DNA from: Candidatus Saccharimonadota bacterium
Lineage (GTDB): Bacteria; Patescibacteriota; Saccharimonadia; Saccharimonadales; Saccharimonadaceae
Length of the DNA stretch: 64,000 nt
Direction of reading: 5' to 3'
Assembly: GCA_024699125.1 (NCBI GenBank)
Contig: JAILQE010000007.1
Span: forward strand, 2,236 to 66,235
In this document: positions 1-8,945 of the stretch, one piece after another
Layout: each line of letters opens with the position of its first letter
Position numbering within the stretch: position 1 is the stretch's first letter
Translations under genes and position numbers: made by a program
The notes under the pieces: generated by a model
The model's input: only the letters and a program-made list of their open reading frames with translations
The model's database searches: none
Told to the model about the DNA's origin: nothing

Positions 1-1
1 A

Positions 2-454
2 GTCGTGTTATTGTTGGAATCTACAGATGGCGAGATTGATAAATTAAATATGTTGCTAGCGCATGAATTTACGCACCTAGTGAGAAAGCAAGAATTTGGC
101 GAAAATATTTTTGAAAATTCCCTCGGTGAGAGATTTGTAACGGAGGGAATTGGATGCAATTATGCCAAAGAGATCGCGCCGGGCAAAGCGGATTTCGAAT
201 ATTGCATAGTCGGAGAAGACACTGTTTTGTGGGTAAAAAATAACCTAGAAATAATTGAAGAGCACATGGCGGGGAAAATTGATTCTAACGAATTAATAAG
301 TGACTATTTTTACATGTTTGCAGACACAGCCAAAACCGGCCTACCGGCAAGGACAGGCTATGTGTATGGTTATTTAAAAGTTAAAGAATATCTAGAAAAG
401 AATAATTTGAAAGCCAAAGATATCATTGCGAAAGACTGGCGAGACATTCTATAA
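2..454 (+). CDS. Partial CDS (5' end outside window): putative Zn-metalloprotease, DUF2268-like
   Basis: The frame is open to the window edge (the track start at 5 is only the first GTG). HEXXH motif in LLAHEFTHLV. The stop is followed by a hairpin terminator. Confidence 0.45.
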   Translation, partial: VVLLLESTDGEIDKLNMLLAHEFTHLVRKQEFGENIFENSLGERFVTEGIGCNYAKEIAPGKADFEYCIVGEDTVLWVKNNLEIIEEHMAGKIDSNELISDYFYMFADTAKTGLPARTGYVYGYLKVKEYLEKNNLKAKDIIAKDWRDIL

Positions 455-460
455 AGAAAC

Positions 461-493
461 AAAAAAAGTGCTGCAAACGCAGCACTTTTTGTT
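461..493. terminator. Bidirectional intrinsic terminator between convergent genes
   Basis: A-run, AGTGCTGC-aaac-GCAGCACT, T-run. Confidence 0.7.
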
Positions 494-500
494 TGTCGAA

Positions 501-1610
501 TTATTCTTCTTCGCTGGCTTCTTCGAGGGCGGAGAGCAAAGAATCTTCAACGTTTTGTTTTTTCTTCTTTGGAGCAGATTTAACGAGCTCGATATCGATT
601 TCGTAGCCAGTGAGCTTAGAAGCGAGGCGAACGTTTTGACCTTGCTTGCCGATAGCGATAGATTGTTGATCTTCGGTTACAGAAACTTTAGCTTTCTTGC
701 CGCTGATGTCAACTTTAGCAACCTCAGCTGGAGAAAGAGCTTCGCGAATATATTCGGAAATGTTGTCGCTCCAGTTGATGATATCGATTTTTTCACGTTC
801 ACCAATTTCGTTCATCACGGCTTGGACGCGAACACCACGACCACCAACGAAAGTACCGACTGGGTCGATACCAGGAACGGTAGAAGCCACAGCGATTTTG
901 GTGCGGCGGCCAGCTTCACGAGCGATGCCTTTGATTTCTACAGAACCGTTTTCGATTTCTGGCACTTCCTGGCGGAAGAGATATTCTACGAATTCAGCGT
1001 TGCCACGAGAGAGAATTAGTTGGGCACCACGATCGTTGCGTTCGATGCCTTTGATGAATACTTTGATACGTGAACCAACTGAATAATACTCGCCTTCGAT
1101 TTGTTCGGAGCGTGGCATGATGCCATTGGCTTTACCAAGATCGATACGTACGAGTTTTGGCTCAACGCGGGAAACGGTACCAGTAACTACGGTGCCAACT
1201 TTGTCCTCGAACATGTTGAGGATAGATTCGTTTTCAGCTTCGCGGAGCCTTTGCACGACAACTTGTTTTGCGGTCATAGCAGCTACGCGGCCAAAGGTTT
1301 CAACTTTGAATTTTTCTTCTTTGATGTCGCCAAGTTTAGCGCCTTTACCAGCTTCCTTCAAAGGAATTTCGGTGGCAGGGTTGTAAGCAACGTCATCTTC
1401 GATAACTTCGCGCATTACATAAACGTCAGCTTCACCGGTTTTAGTGTTCAAAGTAGCACGCACGTTCATATCGCGGTCACCATTATCTTTGCGCCAAGCC
1501 GCAGCGATAGCTTGTTCAATCACATCGAGCACGGTTTCTTTTGGCAAATTTTTTTCTTCGGCAATAATTTCAACCATTGCAGCCATTTGCTTGAGGTCAA
1601 GATTTTCCAT
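501..1610 (-). CDS. nusA: Transcription termination/antitermination factor NusA
   Basis: 369-aa ORF with the typical NusA N-terminus (EIIAEEKNLPKETVLDVIEQAIAAAWRK), an S1-like segment and two KH-like segments. The plus-strand ORFs across it are shadows. Confidence 0.9.
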   Translation of the reverse strand: MENLDLKQMAAMVEIIAEEKNLPKETVLDVIEQAIAAAWRKDNGDRDMNVRATLNTKTGEADVYVMREVIEDDVAYNPATEIPLKEAGKGAKLGDIKEEKFKVETFGRVAAMTAKQVVVQRLREAENESILNMFEDKVGTVVTGTVSRVEPKLVRIDLGKANGIMPRSEQIEGEYYSVGSRIKVFIKGIERNDRGAQLILSRGNAEFVEYLFRQEVPEIENGSVEIKGIAREAGRRTKIAVASTVPGIDPVGTFVGGRGVRVQAVMNEIGEREKIDIINWSDNISEYIREALSPAEVAKVDISGKKAKVSVTEDQQSIAIGKQGQNVRLASKLTGYEIDIELVKSAPKKKKQNVEDSLLSALEEASEEE

Positions 1611-1707
1611 TTTGTCCTTTCTTTAAATTAAAAACGCCGTCCCTTTTTAGGGGCCGGCCAAATTCTGTATACATTAATTATAGCACGCCGGTGGTATAAT
1701 GTAAAGA

Positions 1708-2391
1708 ATGGAAATCTTTGCAACCTATTTTTTAGTTTTCATGATATACTCGTTTGCCGGGTGGCTTCTTGAGACTGTTTTGAAATCGCTTTGGTACCGC
1801 CGCTTTATTAACCGCGGTTTTTTAATCGGCCCATGCTGCCCGATTTATGGTGTTGGCGTGCTCGCCATTACGTTCTTACTTGAGCAATATAAATCCGATG
1901 CGGTTGTAACTTTTTTCCTCGCCTTTATCATCATCGGCGTGCTCGAATACATCACGAGTATTATTATGGAAAAAGTTTTCCACGCGCGCTGGTGGGATTA
2001 CAGCAAAAAACCATTTAACGTGGATGGGCGCATTTGTTTGCAAAACCTTTTGTATTTTGGCTTTATTTCACTCGGTGTGATTTATGTTTTTAACCCGCCG
2101 ATTTTTGAATTCATCAACAATCTTGGTGGCGCCAAAAATTGGATTAGTATTGTGCTGGCTATTGTCTTTGTTGCCGACATTGCGATTTCTACTACGGTGC
2201 TTGCTGGCATCAGCCGCGAGGGCCGCAATTTGAATAAAGACAATACTGAAGAAATGGCGAACAAGGTTCGTCAAACCTTGAAGGAGCGCAACTGGAGCTA
2301 TCGCCGTATTTTGACCGCCTTCCCAGACATGCGCCATATCATCAAAAAGCAAAAAGAAAAAATCAAAAAGCTCCGCAAAAAATCTAAGTAA
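1708..2391 (+). CDS. Polytopic membrane protein, putative ABC-transporter type IV (PF06541/DUF1113-like)
   Basis: Motif SFAGWLLE...FINRGFLIGPCCPIYGVG. TGGTATAAT lies 7 nt upstream of the ATG. Confidence 0.5.
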   Translation: MEIFATYFLVFMIYSFAGWLLETVLKSLWYRRFINRGFLIGPCCPIYGVGVLAITFLLEQYKSDAVVTFFLAFIIIGVLEYITSIIMEKVFHARWWDYSKKPFNVDGRICLQNLLYFGFISLGVIYVFNPPIFEFINNLGGAKNWISIVLAIVFVADIAISTTVLAGISREGRNLNKDNTEEMANKVRQTLKERNWSYRRILTAFPDMRHIIKKQKEKIKKLRKKSK

Positions 2392-3034
2392 GTTGTGGAC
2401 ACTGATCGAATAGTTTTTTGATGGTTTCGGCTTGGGCGTTCCAGTAAGCTTTCCAGTTATCTTCTTCCGTAAACTCGGAGTCGTATTTCCATTCGCCATC
2501 AATCAAAACTTTAAAGATTGGAGAGAAACAAAAACCTGGTACCTTAATTGGCGAAGGCGTATCCACGATTTTGGTTTTATCGGTGCCGGTAGTAGCAGTG
2601 CCAGACACTACTTTAGTTTCGCCATTTTCGTGCCATGCAAGAGCATAGCCCCAAATAAAACCACACTTGATTTCGCCACCATACTTGTGCGCTAGTTCGG
2701 AAAAAACCTTTACACCAAGCTCGTCCGAATATTCGCCGCCACTACGACTCGCTACAAATGCTTTGTTGTGATTCCTCGGATTGTCTTCGTCGCTCACGCC
2801 CACAAAAACATTTGTATCGTCGCGTGCTAAAACTGGCAAACCATCGTATTGCTTAGCATAGCCAAGCGCCTTTTCAACTGCGATTTCTTCGGCAGATGGT
2901 TTAGTCTCTTCTGGTTCTTCTAAATGTAAATTTAGGTTCGCAAAAGACAAACCTTCGTAGCCGAGCCTAGCTAAAATCTTTTTGAAGGTTGCGATTTTGC
3001 CAGGATTGGTTGTAGCGATTAAAACTTGTTTCAT
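2384..3034 (-). CDS. RdgB/HAM1-family non-canonical NTP pyrophosphatase-like protein
   Basis: N-terminal LIATTNPGK, an EEPEET...AEEIAVEKA segment and PVLARDD resemble the Ham1 signature. The C-terminal half is divergent. Confidence 0.5.
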   Translation of the reverse strand: MKQVLIATTNPGKIATFKKILARLGYEGLSFANLNLHLEEPEETKPSAEEIAVEKALGYAKQYDGLPVLARDDTNVFVGVSDEDNPRNHNKAFVASRSGGEYSDELGVKVFSELAHKYGGEIKCGFIWGYALAWHENGETKVVSGTATTGTDKTKIVDTPSPIKVPGFCFSPIFKVLIDGEWKYDSEFTEEDNWKAYWNAQAETIKKLFDQCPQLT

Positions 3035-3037
3035 AAG

Positions 3038-3742
3038 CTATTCATCTTTATCATTGATGCTGACGCCGCCAAAACCACCGGCTACATCTAGATAAATCGT
3101 GTATTTGCCTTTACCAACTTCTCCTTTGCGCTCGTCTGATGCGCCACCAAAGATGAAGCCGGATTTAATTTTTACTTGCACATCTTTTGGAACTTTGATG
3201 TCGATACCACCAAACAAGCAAAAAGCTTTAATTGCGGTGTCTTTTTCGAATTTTGCGTTGCGAAGATCGAGCTCTACGCCACCAAAAACCGCAACGAGGT
3301 CGGAGCCGGTAAAGACTTCGCCATTATAAACGCGGTCGCTGCCAGAAAAGACTGCAGTTTGCGAATCCATACTTTTGCCGTCTTTTAAATCGTGGACTTT
3401 TTTCTCGATTTCTTTGTCGTTGTTCTTTTTGAAAATACTGCGGAAAATTAGCATTAAGCCTGCCATCACGAGGAACAAAGCAAGCGCGGCTTTGCCGGCA
3501 GTCTCGTAAGAAAACACATTTTGTGCGGCGAGCAAAAATAGCACGCCAACTGCGAGACAAACCAAGCTTGCAATGCGATTTTTTTCAGTAATCAAGCTGA
3601 TCGCGCTCGGCACGATGATGAAGAGCGTCCACCAGCCGTCAAAGAATACGTTGATATTAAATAGCCCCAATGCATTTCCGCCAAAGATGACACCAAGCGT
3701 AATGATTGCGAGCCCCCAGATGATTGCTTTAAATTGTTTCAT
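3038..3742 (-). CDS. LiaF-like cell-wall-stress membrane protein (DUF2154 C-terminal domain)
   Basis: Four N-terminal TM helices. The C-terminus GGVELDLRNA...GGIDIKVPKD resembles the LiaF family. SD AAGGAGA lies upstream. Confidence 0.45.
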   Translation of the reverse strand: MKQFKAIIWGLAIITLGVIFGGNALGLFNINVFFDGWWTLFIIVPSAISLITEKNRIASLVCLAVGVLFLLAAQNVFSYETAGKAALALFLVMAGLMLIFRSIFKKNNDKEIEKKVHDLKDGKSMDSQTAVFSGSDRVYNGEVFTGSDLVAVFGGVELDLRNAKFEKDTAIKAFCLFGGIDIKVPKDVQVKIKSGFIFGGASDERKGEVGKGKYTIYLDVAGGFGGVSINDKDE

Positions 3743-3795
3743 GTTTCTCCTTTATAAGATAATTATACGCCCAGCACTGTGTTATGATAAGAAAA

Positions 3796-5244
3796 ATGAG
3801 TCAAAAAACCTACATCGCAATCGACCTAAAATCTTTTTATGCATCGGTGGAATGCGTGGAAAGAAATTTAGACCCACTCACCACAAACTTAGTTGTGGCG
3901 GATTTATCGCGCACTGAAAAAACGATTTGCCTTGCGGTGTCGCCGGCACTCAAAAGTTATGGGCTGTCGGGCCGCTCGAGGCTTTATGAAGTAGTTGAAA
4001 AAGTGCGCGAAATAAATGCGATGCGTTTGAAAAGAGCCGGCAAATTTTCTGGCAAATCCGCAAACGATATTGAATTAAAAAAGAACCCGCATTTAGAACT
4101 TGATTACATTGTAGCTACTCCGCGCATGGCATATTACATGCGTTACAGTGCGCGGATTTATAATATTTATCTTAGTTTTGTGGCGCCGGAAGATATTTTT
4201 GCATATTCAATCGACGAGGTTTTTATTGATGCTACGCCGTATCTCAAAATGTATAATATGACGAGCTTAGAGCTCACCCGCAAAATTATCAAAGAAGTCT
4301 ACGACAAAACTGGCATCACGGCCACGGCCGGAATTGGCACCAACATGTATCTTGCTAAAGTCGCGATGGATATTGTAGCAAAACACATGGAGCCGGATGA
4401 AAACGGTGCCCGCGTGGCGGAACTTGATGAAATGAGTTATCGTGAAAAGTTGTGGTCGCACACACCAATTACGGATTTTTGGCGAGTGGGGAAAGGCATT
4501 GCAAAGCGTTTAGAATCTGCGGGCTTAAGAACCATGGGCGATGTTGCGCTTTGTTCCGAAACTAACGAAGACTATTTGTACAAAATGTTTGGCGTGAATG
4601 CGGAGTTTTTGATCGACCACGCGTGGGGCTATGAGCCGTGCGAAATCAAGGATGTTAAAAACTATTTCCCGGCATCAAATTCTTTTTCGTCTGGCCAAGT
4701 TTTGAAAGAACCATACGACTTTAAGAAAGCGCGCATCGTAGCAGACGAAATGGCAGACGAAACCGCATTAATGCTGCTGGCAAGAAAACTCACGACCGAC
4801 CAAATTGTACTCACGGTTGGATATGACAAAATAAGTCTTAATAATTATCACGGTGAAACCACCAAAGATTTTTATGGTCACGAAATCCCAAAGCATGCGC
4901 ACGGCACTTTTAATTTAGGCGCGCAAACTGCATCGTCAAAAATGATTCGCGATGCCGTGACTACGCTTTTTGATAAGTTGGTTGACAAAGATTTATATGT
5001 GCGCAGAATCACGATTGACGTTAATCACGTCTTACCAGAAACCGCCGCAGAAAAACCGCGTCAATTAAATTTCTTTTCTAACATTCCGGAACAAAAAGAA
5101 TTAGAAAAAGAAAAGCGCGTGGGTAAAGCGATTGTCAAAATCAAAGAACGCTATGGCAAGAACGCGATTTTGAAAGGAATCAATTTTGAAGAAGGCGCCA
5201 CTGGCCGCGAACGCCACGGCCAAATCGGAGGACATCGCGGATGA
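3796..5244 (+). CDS. Y-family (UmuC/DinB-like) translesion DNA polymerase
   Basis: IAIDLKSFYASVECV, SIDEVFID and GIGTNMYLAKVA motifs. The start was moved to the ATG at 3796, which lies 7 nt after TGTTATGAT. The track start at 3784 sits inside that -10 box. Confidence 0.8.
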   Translation: MSQKTYIAIDLKSFYASVECVERNLDPLTTNLVVADLSRTEKTICLAVSPALKSYGLSGRSRLYEVVEKVREINAMRLKRAGKFSGKSANDIELKKNPHLELDYIVATPRMAYYMRYSARIYNIYLSFVAPEDIFAYSIDEVFIDATPYLKMYNMTSLELTRKIIKEVYDKTGITATAGIGTNMYLAKVAMDIVAKHMEPDENGARVAELDEMSYREKLWSHTPITDFWRVGKGIAKRLESAGLRTMGDVALCSETNEDYLYKMFGVNAEFLIDHAWGYEPCEIKDVKNYFPASNSFSSGQVLKEPYDFKKARIVADEMADETALMLLARKLTTDQIVLTVGYDKISLNNYHGETTKDFYGHEIPKHAHGTFNLGAQTASSKMIRDAVTTLFDKLVDKDLYVRRITIDVNHVLPETAAEKPRQLNFFSNIPEQKELEKEKRVGKAIVKIKERYGKNAILKGINFEEGATGRERHGQIGGHRG

Positions 5245-5459
5245 AATATGACGGAATAATTAACCACCCACACTACGAACCAAAGTTGCATCCGCGTGCA
5301 TCAAAGGAAACTCGCGCCGCACAATTTTCGCCGTTTGCTGCGCTCACGGGTTTTGATGGAATTCTAGACTTCACTGTTAAAACTCACGAACTTAAATCGC
5401 GCCGCGTCGTGCAAATGACCGACCCGGATGGTGTGAGCGAGTGGTATAATGAAGACTAA
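5241..5459 (+). CDS. YolD-like protein (usual partner of Y-family polymerases)
   Basis: ATGA start/stop overlap with the polymerase gene. RAAQFSPFAALTGF matches the YolD-like core. Confidence 0.5.
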   Translation: MKYDGIINHPHYEPKLHPRASKETRAAQFSPFAALTGFDGILDFTVKTHELKSRRVVQMTDPDGVSEWYNED

Positions 5460-5476
5460 ATAAACGAGGATTATTT

Positions 5477-5737
5477 ATGGACCAACTCATTTGCCAAAGC
5501 TGCGCAATGCCACTAACTTCAGAAGATATGTTTGCCACCGAAAAAGATGGCAGTGTCAACAAAGATTATTGTAAATGGTGCTACAAAGATGGTGAGTTTA
5601 TTGATCAATGCTCGATGGAAGAATATATTGATAAATGTTCTGAGTTTGGCGAACAAGCCGGTATGACTAATGAGCAAATGCATGAATACTGCAGCAAAGT
5701 ATTCCCAACTTTGAAACGCTGGAAAAACAATGGCTAG
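5477..5737 (+). CDS. Zinc-ribbon domain protein
   Basis: CQSC...CKWC cysteine pairs. SD GAGGA lies 8 nt upstream. Confidence 0.5.
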   Translation: MDQLICQSCAMPLTSEDMFATEKDGSVNKDYCKWCYKDGEFIDQCSMEEYIDKCSEFGEQAGMTNEQMHEYCSKVFPTLKRWKNNG

Positions 5738-6023
5738 CTCAAAAGATTATCGCGACTTTGTTTCGGAACAATTATCATTGGTGCCAGACATTTCTTGTCG
5801 ACCAATGATGGGTGAGTTTTTGTTGTATGCTGGCGGTGTTTTGTTTGGCGGAATTTATGACGATCGTTTGCTGGTGAAAATTGTGCCAGAAAATTCCGGT
5901 TACAATATGTCGGAAGAAATTCCGTACGACGGCGCGAAGCCGATGTATTTGGTGGAAGATGTAGATAACAAAGAGTTACTAGCCGAGATTGTGAGAGCGA
6001 CGGTTGAGGGGTTGAGTAAATAA
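5730..6023 (+). CDS. TfoX/Sxy N-terminal-domain protein
   Basis: MMGEFLLYAGGVLFGGIYDDRLLVK is typical of the TfoX_N domain. It overlaps the previous gene by 8 nt. Confidence 0.55.
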   Translation: MASSKDYRDFVSEQLSLVPDISCRPMMGEFLLYAGGVLFGGIYDDRLLVKIVPENSGYNMSEEIPYDGAKPMYLVEDVDNKELLAEIVRATVEGLSK

Positions 6024-6151
6024 CGGGAGGGGCGGGGAATCCCGGGAGGGGCAGGGAATCCCGCGCTTTGCGCGGGATGCGAACCCTATAGGCCGAACCC
6101 CATCGTCACGAATAAAAAAACAAACCCCGTTGGGGTTTCTTTTTTTATTCG
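6024..6151 (-). repeat. tRNA-Lys trailer: long hairpin abutting the CCA, plus degenerate copies of the tRNA T-arm/acceptor 3' half
   Basis: CGGGAGGGGC (6024-6033) and CCGGGAGGGGC (6042-6052) copy tRNA positions 6160-6170. CGAACCCT recurs at about 6080. The hairpin ACGAATAAAAAAACAAACCCC-gtt-GGGGTTTCTTTTTTTATTCGT ends at the CCA. Confidence 0.7.
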
Positions 6152-6228
6152 TGGTGATCCGGGAGGGGCTCGAACCCTCGACACCAAGCTTAAGAGGCTC
6201 GTGCTCTAACCAACTGAGCTACCGGACC
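6152..6228 (-). tRNA. tRNA-Lys (anticodon CTT)
   Basis: Manual cloverleaf: GGTCCGG acceptor, D arm GCTC-AGTTGGTTA-GAGC, anticodon loop CTCTTAA, T arm GAGGG-TTCGAGC-CCCTC, encoded ACCA. Confidence 0.9.
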
Positions 6229-6358
6229 GAGTGAGGATAAAAACGAAAACTCGTTTTCGTTTTTGATCCGAACGAGGGACGGCTAGCGCGTAGCGCATCC
6301 CGGACCGGATATAAATCCGAATAGCGGCCGGCTAGCACGAAGTGCATCCCGGACCTGC
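6229..6358 (-). repeat. tRNA-Lys leader with two degenerate copies of the tRNA 5' end and a TGGTATAAT promoter
   Basis: In the sense orientation, GGTCCGGGATGC(A/G)CT(T/A)CG(T/C)GCTAGCCG occurs twice, mimicking the GGTCCGGTAGCTC 5' end. GTGGTATAAT lies at about 6349-6358 on the minus strand. Confidence 0.6.
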
Positions 6359-6420
6359 TAAACTATTATACCACAAAACCGCCAAAAACAAAAGATTTAA
6401 GGGCGTGATATAATTAAGGT

Positions 6421-7536
6421 ATGCAAAAAAAAGTTGCAATAGTTTGTGATTGGCTGACAAATGTGGGTGGCGCCGAGCAAGTTTTGCTTAGAGTCCATCA
6501 GCTCTATCCAGATGCGCCGATATATACCTCAAAATATAGCAAAAAGGGAATTGATTGGTTTAATGATGCCGATGTACGTACCGGCTGGCTGCAAATTTTC
6601 CCTGCCAAAATGCGCCGATTTCTCGGCCCGCTTCGCCAACGCTATTTTAACCATCTAGACCTATCCGATTACGACATTATTATTTCTGTGACCGGTGCCG
6701 AAGCGAAGTCCGTGAAGAAGGGCAACGCAGTTCATTTTTGTTACTGCCACGTGCCAACGCAATACTATTGGCAAATGTATGATGACTACGTCAAAAACCC
6801 AGGTTTTGGAATTTTGAATCCAATTGTGAGATTTTTCTTCAAACTTTTTGTCAGACCTCTAAGAAAAGCCGATTTTAAAGCGGCTCAGCGCCCGGATTAT
6901 TTTATTACAATTTCTGAACACGCCAAAGCGCAAATCGAAAAATACTATCAACGCGATGCGATCGTGGTTCATCCACCAGTCGAAGTTGAAGATTTTAAAA
7001 CCAAACTAGACCAAGAAATTGCCGATTTAAATTTGGAAAAGCCATACGTCGTTATTGCGCGCCAAGTTAACTGGAAGCGCTTGGATCTTTGCGTTAAGGC
7101 CTGTTTGAAACTTAAAAAACCATTGACGATAATTGGCGAAGGCCCAGAACACGAGCGCCTTGTAAAACTAGCTGGCGGTTCGCCGCTGATTAAATTCGTG
7201 CCACCAACTGATAGGGAAAATATCAAAAAACAACTCGTACACGCAAAAGGATTTTTGTTCCCGAGTTTGGAACCATTTGGCATTGCGCCAGTTGAAGCCT
7301 TGGCCGCCGGCTGTCCGGTAATTGCTTTTGCTGAAGGCGGTTCCCTCGACTACATTAAGGACGGCGAAAATGGAATTTTGTTTGATAAACAAAATGTTGG
7401 CGCACTCGTAGAGGCGATTGAAAAACTTGAAAAAATGTCATTTGATCCACAAAAAATTTCTGCATCAGCGAACAAGTTTTCGGTGGCGCGCTTTAATAAA
7501 GAATTATCGGAGTTTGTCGATGAAAAAACTCGCTAA
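6421..7536 (+). CDS. Glycosyltransferase family 4 (GT-B, group 1)
   Basis: EPFGIAPVEALAAGCPVIAFAEGG motif. TGATATAAT lies 6 nt upstream of the ATG. Confidence 0.8.
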   Translation: MQKKVAIVCDWLTNVGGAEQVLLRVHQLYPDAPIYTSKYSKKGIDWFNDADVRTGWLQIFPAKMRRFLGPLRQRYFNHLDLSDYDIIISVTGAEAKSVKKGNAVHFCYCHVPTQYYWQMYDDYVKNPGFGILNPIVRFFFKLFVRPLRKADFKAAQRPDYFITISEHAKAQIEKYYQRDAIVVHPPVEVEDFKTKLDQEIADLNLEKPYVVIARQVNWKRLDLCVKACLKLKKPLTIIGEGPEHERLVKLAGGSPLIKFVPPTDRENIKKQLVHAKGFLFPSLEPFGIAPVEALAAGCPVIAFAEGGSLDYIKDGENGILFDKQNVGALVEAIEKLEKMSFDPQKISASANKFSVARFNKELSEFVDEKTR

Positions 7537-8911
7537 AATTTACGAATACCTTATTTATGTTTTGCCTGCAGTTTTGTTCTTTTCGTATTTTCCAATCATT
7601 GCAATTGGCGCCAATGAATCAATGAATTTTGAATTATCACTGCCATTAATTTGGTTGGTCTTGTTTGACATTTTAGCCGTAGTTTTACTGTTCGCAAAAA
7701 TCAAATTTGGGAAAAAATACCCTGGCATTACAGACCGTAGATTTTTTGCGTTTTCGTGGCTACCGTTCTTTGCTACGGTATCGATTTTTTGGTCATTAAA
7801 TCCAACGCGCGGCATCCTCACGGCAGGCATTTTGTGGCTAGTTTTCTTTGCGGTTTTCGCACTCGTTTTTCTAACGAAATATTTTGTGGAAGATTTTAAT
7901 AAAGAAAAATTGATTAAATGTTTTTTGGTTTCGTCATGCGTGGTTTGTGTTTGGTGTTTTGCCCAATGTATTCTAGATGTTTTGAATGTTGGTCGTGATG
8001 CGTCCTTGCTTTGCCTTGGCTGCACCGTGCAATCATTTGGCTTTCCGCACCCAAACGGCTTTTCGATCGAGCCGCAATTTATGGGTAATTTATTGCTCGC
8101 GCCAACGCTCTATATGCTTTATGAATTTATCAAAGAGCGTAATTTAAAAAACACATTGCTGCTCGGATTCTTCGCTGCAACTTTGTTTTTGACATTCTCG
8201 CGCGGCGCAATTTATGCCTTTGCAGTGGCAACGATTTTTATGTTGGTTTTCGAAATTATCAAACAAAAAAAAGCGGCGCCGTTAAAATCGTTAGTTGTTT
8301 TAGTTGTGGCATTTTTGTTTACATTGAATCTGCAAGGCATTTTTGCGGCCGCTTCACGCACCAACGATACTTACTTTTCTGGCGTCAACAAAGTCGTTAG
8401 CCAATTGTCACTTGGTATTATTGATTTTCATGTTACGCCAAACGAACCAGAACCAGAACCGGAACCAGAGACTCCAACTGAAGTTTCGGATTACGACGGT
8501 TACGTCACCGAATCTACGGAAGTGCGCTTGATGCTTTCGAAAGCCGCTGGCGAAATTTGGCGCGAAGACAAAGCAGTCACGATTCGTGGTGTTGGTTTAG
8601 GTGGCGCCGGCATGGCTCTGTTTAGTCATGGTACCACGACGAGCACGAAAGAAATTGTTCAAAACGAATACTTTAGCATTCTGCTCGAACTCGGCCTCAT
8701 CGGCTTTGCCTTTTTCGTAATCGCCGCATTCCTGATAATCAAGGCCTTTAGTAAAAACCCAGCCAAAATCCTATTTTATGCACTCTTTATTGCCTATGCG
8801 GTGACACTGTGCTTCTTCGCTGGTCTCCCAAATGCCCTCCAGATATACTTGTCGCCGGCGCTGCTCCTATTAATGATGCCAAAAACCGAGCCAAAAATCT
8901 CTAAAAAATAA
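7520..8911 (+). CDS. O-antigen ligase/polymerase-like (Wzy_C) polytopic membrane protein
   Basis: More than 10 TM helices and an LFLTFSRGAIYAF motif. The start was moved to MKKLAKIYEY (17-nt overlap with the upstream GT). One loop contains PEPEPEPE. Confidence 0.6.
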   Translation: MKKLAKIYEYLIYVLPAVLFFSYFPIIAIGANESMNFELSLPLIWLVLFDILAVVLLFAKIKFGKKYPGITDRRFFAFSWLPFFATVSIFWSLNPTRGILTAGILWLVFFAVFALVFLTKYFVEDFNKEKLIKCFLVSSCVVCVWCFAQCILDVLNVGRDASLLCLGCTVQSFGFPHPNGFSIEPQFMGNLLLAPTLYMLYEFIKERNLKNTLLLGFFAATLFLTFSRGAIYAFAVATIFMLVFEIIKQKKAAPLKSLVVLVVAFLFTLNLQGIFAAASRTNDTYFSGVNKVVSQLSLGIIDFHVTPNEPEPEPEPETPTEVSDYDGYVTESTEVRLMLSKAAGEIWREDKAVTIRGVGLGGAGMALFSHGTTTSTKEIVQNEYFSILLELGLIGFAFFVIAAFLIIKAFSKNPAKILFYALFIAYAVTLCFFAGLPNALQIYLSPALLLLMMPKTEPKISKK

Positions 8912-8945
8912 TTTAAAAACATAAACCTTATGCTATAATAAGGTT

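Noticed and set aside
426-1631. Plus-strand ORFs (197, 129, 176, 89 and 60 aa) across nusA
   Set aside because: They are antisense to a clearly conserved nusA, with odd composition and no expression signals.
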